Shown here: piece by piece, positions 27,061 through 32,000 of the stretch | How the letters are laid out: every line of letters begins with the position of its first letter | How positions within the stretch are numbered: position 1 is the stretch's first letter | Assembly: GCF_037902255.1 (NCBI RefSeq) | Contig: NZ_CP147990.1 | Location: 2,010,001 to 2,042,000, forward strand | Direction of reading: 5' to 3' | Length of the DNA: 32,000 nucleotides | Source: Candidatus Electrothrix sp. GW3-4 | Lineage (GTDB): Bacteria; Desulfobacterota; Desulfobulbia; Desulfobulbales; Desulfobulbaceae | Translations under genes and position numbers: made by a program | Notes under the pieces: model-generated | Told to the model about the DNA's origin: nothing | The model's input: only the letters and a program-made list of their open reading frames with translations | Database searches by the model: none

Positions 27061-27280
27061 TCTCTTAAAAATGGCCAGCACTCTTTTAAAATTCCCTGCC
27101 CCTCTTTTAAAAAGACAGGCCTGACTTTTAAAGATACACGCCCCACTTTTAAAAAGAGAGGACCTTCTTTTTCAAAGAGAGTCCTGACTTTTAAAAAATG
27201 GCCTCTCTCTTTTTAAAATATGCCGCCTTCTTTTCCAAAGAAGAGGCTCTATTTTACAAAGTGCATGCCTGCTTTTTCGT
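27061..27280. repeat. Phased array of ~11 palindromic TCTTTTAAAAGA-like sites with 21-bp spacing
   Basis: The T/A junctions of the cores fall after 27066, 27087, 27108, 27129, 27150, ~27172, 27192, 27214, ~27235, ~27256 and ~27277. That gives a 21-bp period with a single 1-bp register shift between units 7 and 8 (core centres hand-counted; the four tilde-marked, interrupted cores are only approximate). The ~11-bp spacers are GC-rich and variable. No ORF spans the array. It lies 20-250 bp upstream of the 117-aa gene. Confidence 0.85.
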
Positions 27281-27841
27281 ATTGCTGCGTAGCTTAACCT
27301 TGTTGAGCAGGCTGCTGTTTGTTGTCTTCTTGCCTCGAATCTATACAGAACATGCTCATGCAAAGAGCGTCAAGCAAAAAAGATATCATATCAACATATT
27401 AATAATGATTCAGATTCCCAAAACACCTGAATCTCCTTGGGAGGCAGGCAAAGAACCCCGTTCTTTGTTCCTTAAAAAATATTTTTGGCCAAGGTCTGCA
27501 AAGAAAGATCACGTTAAGAGGAAAACGGTTGGCAAAGCCGACCAAGCTTCCCTTCGTTCATGTTTTATTGTCCCGGAGCGCTGGGCAGGGATGGAAATTA
27601 TATTGAAAAAAACGGCAGGTTTGCCTGAAAAGAAGGGGTGCGGCTGGATGGGGCAGAAAAAAAAGAGAAGAGAGGACGAAGTCGGTCTTCGCCCTCAGGG
27701 CAGGACAACAGGGGGCCTTGTAACGGATCACGACATCAATATCTCCTCAAGCGGAAGATGAATATCCAAGACATCGTCAACAACATCACCCTGGGTTCAT
27801 GCGTTTTTATGCATTGCATGATCTACAAAAAGGGCGGGAGA

Positions 27842-29431
27842 TCAGTTATGCTCCCTGGTCTTGTGAAAGACGATATCCGGGAAGAGCTCAGCAGTATGGT
27901 TGAGCCGCCATTGCCCGTCCGCCAGAAAGGCCAGATGCCCCTCCGCATCATGGGCCAGATTGCCCTGATTCTTGGCCTCAAAGGTCTTGAGCTTTTTCGC
28001 ATCATCACAGGTCACCCAACGGGCCAGGTTATACTGCACCACTTCGTAAATCGCATCCACATTATACTCGGCCTTGAGCCGGGCCATGGTCACTTCAAAC
28101 TGGAGCACCCCCACTGCGCCGAGGATATAATCACTGCCCATCACCGGACGAAAGAGCTGTACAGCCCCCTCTTCCGCCATCTGTACCAGGCCCTTATGGA
28201 GTTGCTTGGTCTTGAGCGGATTCTTTAACAGGACCCGGCGAAAATGTTCAGGGGCAAAGTTAGGGATACCCGTGAACTTGAGCTGTTCTTTATCGGTAAA
28301 GGTATCACCAATCTTGATGGTGCCGTGGTTATGGATGCCAATGATATCTCCGGGATAGGCCTCATCCACATTGGCCCGGTTCTGGGCCATGAAGACCGTG
28401 GCCTTGCTCAGATTGACCTCCTTACCCAGGCGGTGATGCCTGACCCGCATCCCCCGGGTAAACTTGCCTGAGCAGATCCGGAAAAAGGCGATGCGGTCAC
28501 GATGGGCCGGGTCCATATTGGCCTGGATCTTAAAGGTAAAGCCGCTAAAGGCCTCTTCATGGGGCGCCACTTCCCGGGAGAGGGCAGCGCGGGGGCCAGG
28601 AGGCGGAGAAAGCTCGATAAAATTATCCAGCAGCTCTTTGACGCCAAAGTTATTAATGGCACTGCCAAAGAAGACCGGGGTCTGACCTGCCTTGAGATAC
28701 TCCTCATACTCAAAGGGATTGGCCGCACCATGGAGCAACGCCACATCCTCCCGCAGCTGCTCCGCATCAGGTCCGCCCAGGAGCTCATCTAAGCGGGGAT
28801 CATCCAGGCCCTTGACCGTGATCCGATCCTCTGGACGGGTCTCCTGGCTCGGGGTAAAAAGGCTGAGCTCATTACGATGGAGGTCGTACACCCCCTTGAA
28901 GCCCTTGCCCATGCCAATGGGCCAGGACAGGGGCGCACATTCGATCTGGAGTTTCTCTTCAATATCGGCAAGGATATCTAAGGGGTCCATGCCGTCCCGG
29001 TCCAGTTTATTGATAAAGGTGATGATGGGCGTATTGCGCATCCGGCAGACCTCCATCAGCTTGGTGGTCTGGGCCTCTACGCCCTTGGCTGAATCAATCA
29101 CCATCAGGGCCGAGTCCACAGCCGTAAGGACCCGGTAGGTATCTTCGGAGAAATCCTGATGGCCTGGGGTATCCAGGAGGTTGATCTCAAAATCCCGGTA
29201 ATTAAACTTCATCACCGAGGTGGTCACTGAGATACCGCGCTCCTGCTCAATGGACATCCAATCGCTGGTGGCATGGTTGGCGGTCTTGCGGGATTTCACC
29301 GCGCCCGCCATCTTGATCGCCCCGCCAAAGAGCAGGAGTTTTTCCGTCAGGGTGGTCTTGCCCGCATCCGGATGACTGATAATGCCAAAGGTGCGCCGTT
29401 TTTCTATTTCTCTTTTCAGCTTACTGCTCAC
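27842..29431 (-). CDS. prfC: Peptide chain release factor 3 (GTPase)
   Basis: [29 protein letters not shown] (G1), DTPGHQDF (G3) and NKLD (G4) are present, with full-length similarity to RF3. The listed ORF begins at a TTG (29485, 547 aa). An in-frame GTG at 29431, preceded by TAAGGT, gives 529 aa, the usual RF3 length. Confidence 0.95.
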   Translation of the reverse strand: MSSKLKREIEKRRTFGIISHPDAGKTTLTEKLLLFGGAIKMAGAVKSRKTANHATSDWMSIEQERGISVTTSVMKFNYRDFEINLLDTPGHQDFSEDTYRVLTAVDSALMVIDSAKGVEAQTTKLMEVCRMRNTPIITFINKLDRDGMDPLDILADIEEKLQIECAPLSWPIGMGKGFKGVYDLHRNELSLFTPSQETRPEDRITVKGLDDPRLDELLGGPDAEQLREDVALLHGAANPFEYEEYLKAGQTPVFFGSAINNFGVKELLDNFIELSPPPGPRAALSREVAPHEEAFSGFTFKIQANMDPAHRDRIAFFRICSGKFTRGMRVRHHRLGKEVNLSKATVFMAQNRANVDEAYPGDIIGIHNHGTIKIGDTFTDKEQLKFTGIPNFAPEHFRRVLLKNPLKTKQLHKGLVQMAEEGAVQLFRPVMGSDYILGAVGVLQFEVTMARLKAEYNVDAIYEVVQYNLARWVTCDDAKKLKTFEAKNQGNLAHDAEGHLAFLADGQWRLNHTAELFPDIVFHKTREHN

Positions 29432-29752
29432 AAAGGATACCTTATCGGCTTGACCGATGGTTAGGATTATGGGTACTTTTTTCAAGAGCGTTTTTTTCTC
29501 TGTTCTCTCCCTGTTTTCTCTCTGCTCAACAGGACCTGAACCTTATCTTCATCAACGCAGCAGAGCAAACACTGTCCTGCCTGTCCTGCGTAACAACGAC
29601 AGGGGGAACATCCGCTTTGATTCGCTTTGCATTCTTTGGCAGGCAAAATACCGTCTTTTGCTCTTTTATGCAAGAATCGTCAGCAGCAAAGAGGGATTCC
29701 TTGTTCACTTCCCTCCTTATGATCTCCCTGCTCGCAAGGACAAAAAAACAAC

Positions 29753-30241
29753 ATGATCTCTACAAGCACCGTTCTTACCCCCCTTGGCCAACTTGCGCTT
29801 TTTGCCGATGACCATGCCCTGTTCAGCATCTGTTTTCCTGGCACCAGGAAGAGACAAAGACCGCCTGCTCGCCTGGCAGGGGATGATCATCCCCTGCTCT
29901 GCCAGGCCAAGGCCCAACTTGAAGAGTATTTCCAGGGAAAGAGGAAAACATTTGACCTCCTGCTTTGCCCGCAGGGAACAGCCTTTCAACAGGCCGTATG
30001 GACCATTATAGAGCAAATCCCCTTTGGCCAAACCAGGACCTATGGTGAGATTGCAACGCTGCTCGGTAATAACAATAAGGCCAGGGCCGTGGGTGGGGCA
30101 GCCAATAAAAATCCCCTGCCCATTGTCATTCCCTGCCATCGGGTCATTGGGAGCAGCGGAAGCCTGACCGGGTTTGCCGGAGGATTGACAATAAAGCGAT
30201 ATCTCCTTAACTTGGAGCAGCGGGTTGCAGGGCAACAGTAA
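29753..30241 (+). CDS. ogt: Methylated-DNA--protein-cysteine methyltransferase
   Basis: The active-site motif is IVIPCHRVIGSSGSLTGFAGG, together with the DNA-binding helix region FQQAVWTIIEQIPFGQTRTYGEIA. The protein is 162 aa. Confidence 0.9.
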   Translation: MISTSTVLTPLGQLALFADDHALFSICFPGTRKRQRPPARLAGDDHPLLCQAKAQLEEYFQGKRKTFDLLLCPQGTAFQQAVWTIIEQIPFGQTRTYGEIATLLGNNNKARAVGGAANKNPLPIVIPCHRVIGSSGSLTGFAGGLTIKRYLLNLEQRVAGQQ

Positions 30242-30381
30242 TTCAAGATCTCCTTTTTCTTTGCTGAATCCCGCTTCCTGTCTTTTTTTTGAGCTGCTCA
30301 TTATAGCAGAGTTATATGCAGATTCTAATAATTTACCGGAAATAATAATCTTTTTCATCGCCAAAATACGCATCCTTCCTA

Positions 30382-30410
30382 TTGACTTTACGTTATTTTC
30401 CTTATATCAT
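30382..30410 (+). promoter_or_regulatory. Candidate sigma-70-type promoter for the secreted PPC-domain gene
   Basis: TTGACT (30382-30387), a 17-nt spacer, then TATCAT (30405-30410). Each hexamer matches consensus at 5 of 6 positions. It sits in an AT-rich intergenic region ~190 nt upstream of the ATG at 30599. This is a pattern match only. Confidence 0.3.
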
Positions 30411-30598
30411 CAACTCAAAACAGATCGTAATTTTCTTACTCCGGGTAACCGGACAACTATTACCTACATCTAAATAATAGAATAAAATTACCTTACCAAA
30501 GACTATCCATCCAAACACCGTATTATATTTAAGCAAAAACAAATATTTTCTTATGCGGTTTCCTACCAAGAATAATACATAGAAAGGAGAGAAAGGAT

Positions 30599-31624
30599 AT
30601 GAAGATAACTCAGATCAGAACAGGACTCTTGATAATCATAGGGGCCTTGTTTTGCACTGCGACTGCCGGAGCTGAGGTCATATCAGAAATCGAACCGAAC
30701 AATGACTTTGCGAATGCTCAGCATATTGATGTTTCCTCGTTTACTGTCGGCTTGGATTCTGATATCACCAACTCAGACATCTGGCCTTGGGTCTCCATTA
30801 TAGGTACAGGTGATGGCACCTTTGATTATTATTCCTTTGAGGTCTCGCTGGCGGGAACGACTGCCAGCATTGATATCGACTACAATACCTTCGATACCGT
30901 CGTATTGCTCTATGATGCTGACGGCAACCTACTTGCCGAAAATGATGATAACTGGTCTGACCCTGGCTCAAATTCCTGGGCTTCACTTATTGAATATACC
31001 TCTTTACCACCGGGAACCTATATTGTTGCTGTCGCTAAAATTTCCCCCTTCGGCGAGCCAGTTGGCGTATCTGGTGGTTATGGGGTACACATTTCACTCT
31101 CCCAAGTTGGAGTTTCTCTTCCGCCAGACACACCTGGTCAGGACACTCCAGCGATAGACATAACCGATCAGATCATTATGCCGATGGAAGCAACCGGTCA
31201 GATCATTATTAAACCCTTTAAATACGATCGTGACAGGGCGAGCTTCCATCTCCGAGATATGGAGGGCATCGATATTGCGCTACTGGATGCCATGGCCAAT
31301 GGCACGGGTTTGTCATTCAGTAGCGCAACGATCGCTGATTCTCCCATATACAGCTTTTCAGCTGACAGCAACGAGCTTGATGCGGATGCTCAATCCCTTG
31401 TCTATAATGACGGCGTCAATTCACTGCATTGTAGGTTCAACGAACAAGGTTGCGTTGTCCAAATTAGCCGTGCCAATCTTAGCGCAGAGGCAGTTGAGGA
31501 ACTTTTTACTGAAGAAATGACGGTACGTCTTGCTCTCGGGGAAAATCTCTATCTCAATACCTCAATGTGGGAAAAAGTAGAGAGTAAGGGGACCCCCGTG
31601 CTCAAGTACCAAAAAAAGAATTGA
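30599..31624 (+). CDS. Secreted protein with N-terminal PPC (pre-peptidase C-terminal)/DVUA0089-type domain
   Basis: The RBS is strong (GAAAGGAGAG). The signal peptide is MKITQIRTGLLIIIGALFCTATAGA. The domain pattern is EIEPNNDFANAQ...GTGDGTFDYYSFEV...IDIDY..FDTVVLLYDADGNLLAENDD...PGTYIVAV. The C-terminal ~170 aa is unassigned. Confidence 0.7.
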   Translation: MKITQIRTGLLIIIGALFCTATAGAEVISEIEPNNDFANAQHIDVSSFTVGLDSDITNSDIWPWVSIIGTGDGTFDYYSFEVSLAGTTASIDIDYNTFDTVVLLYDADGNLLAENDDNWSDPGSNSWASLIEYTSLPPGTYIVAVAKISPFGEPVGVSGGYGVHISLSQVGVSLPPDTPGQDTPAIDITDQIIMPMEATGQIIIKPFKYDRDRASFHLRDMEGIDIALLDAMANGTGLSFSSATIADSPIYSFSADSNELDADAQSLVYNDGVNSLHCRFNEQGCVVQISRANLSAEAVEELFTEEMTVRLALGENLYLNTSMWEKVESKGTPVLKYQKKN

Positions 31625-31653
31625 TCAACCGCCTCATTTGATCATCAGCAGCA

Positions 31654-31686
31654 AGCCCCTTTCCTTGGTTGAGAGGGGCTTTTTCC
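31654..31686 (+). terminator. Rho-independent terminator
   Basis: AGCCCCTTTC (31654-31663) pairs with GAGAGGGGCT (31671-31680). The stem is 10 bp with one mismatch, the loop is 7 nt, and TTTTCC follows. It lies 30 nt after the stop at 31624. Confidence 0.7.
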
Positions 31687-31753
31687 GTATACACACCTTT
31701 ATCATTTTCCCCGAACCTCAACATATCGCCAAGCATCAGCCGCATGCCGTAGT

Positions 31754-31797
31754 GGCGTTTCTTTTGTGCTAGGCTCTTTTAGCACAAGAGAAACGCC
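31754..31797. repeat. Long imperfect inverted repeat / hairpin of unknown role
   Basis: GGCGTTTCTTTTGTGCTA and TAGCACAAGAGAAACGCC are reverse complements with one mismatch. They are separated by ~8 nt (GGCTCTTT). The repeat is in a non-coding region after the terminator. Confidence 0.5.
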
Positions 31798-32000
31798 GCG
31801 GAGGTATGTCGGCTGGATGCAATTGTTAGATTTTTTATCCCACAATGCTAGATGACTCAATTATTATTTGCTCCGCAATAAATCGTAAAAGAGGGATTTC
31901 CTTTACGAGCATTTTGTCATCTTTAAAAGGCGTGTATTTACTTTTCTCAGACTCTTTGCTATGCACTATGGAATTTCTTGTTTTATATATCCTTCCAGCG

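Noticed and set aside
27061-27280. Could the periodic array be a CRISPR array?
   Set aside because: The conserved unit is only ~10-12 bp and the 'spacers' only ~10 bp, for a total period of 21 bp. This is far below CRISPR repeat and spacer sizes. No cas genes are present, and the core is a simple T4A4 palindrome.
27198-27761. Listed 187-aa plus-strand ORF, and the 63-aa minus ORF at 27172..27363, overlapping the repeat array
   Set aside because: The translation is low-complexity and follows the 21-bp (7-codon) repeat (LFLKYAAFFSKEEALFYK). There is no RBS and no recognisable domain, and the ORF does not cover the whole array. I treat it as an artefact of the repeat. The 27360-27840 spacer showed no ncRNA or tRNA that I could recognise, only weak hairpins.
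29486-29752. Small direct repeats in the prfC/ogt divergent intergenic region (CTGTCCTGC x2 near 29570-29590; CGCTTTG x2 near 29612-29632)
   Set aside because: They are short, low-copy and within chance expectation for a 270-bp region. No palindromic or phased structure suggests a defined operator.
29717-30373. 218-aa minus-strand ORF overlapping ogt
   Set aside because: It is antisense to an ORF carrying the unmistakable PCHRV methyltransferase active site. It has no motifs of its own, so it is a shadow ORF.

Overview
This is a chromosomal window, probably from an anaerobic Desulfobacterota-like bacterium; that guess rests only on gene content and is low confidence. The backbone is GC-rich, with sampled 60-nt lines at 57-67% GC. 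It carries the 3' end of an SNF2 helicase gene and three anaerobic cobalamin-pathway methyltransferase genes (cbiF, cbiL, cbiET). A large signalling block sits between those cbi genes: a hybrid histidine kinase, a 1702-aa CheB-CheR-PAS-kinase fusion, and a heme-c-type DUF3365-GGDEF cyclase. The backbone also holds a CYTH/CHAD gene next to an orphan ParA ATPase, a radical-SAM/SPASM enzyme with a fused PqqD-like tail and a small upstream ORF, prfC, ogt, and a secreted PPC/DVUA0089-type protein. The most interesting part is a clearly AT-rich segment at about 18.5-26.6 kb (sampled lines at 30% GC). It contains one tightly packed minus-strand operon encoding a Trypco2-like protein, a trypsin-like serine protease with an unassigned C-terminal domain, a 508-aa STAND-like P-loop NTPase, and a ~1650-aa STAND NTPase with a very long TPR array. 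I read this operon as an uncharacterised NTP-dependent conflict or defence system. Just upstream lies a separately terminated orphan coiled-coil gene. That gene is preceded by about 11 palindromic TCTTTTAAAAGA-like sites spaced almost exactly 21 bp apart, an iteron- or operator-like array. By eye I found no rRNA, tRNA, CRISPR array, transposase or integrase.
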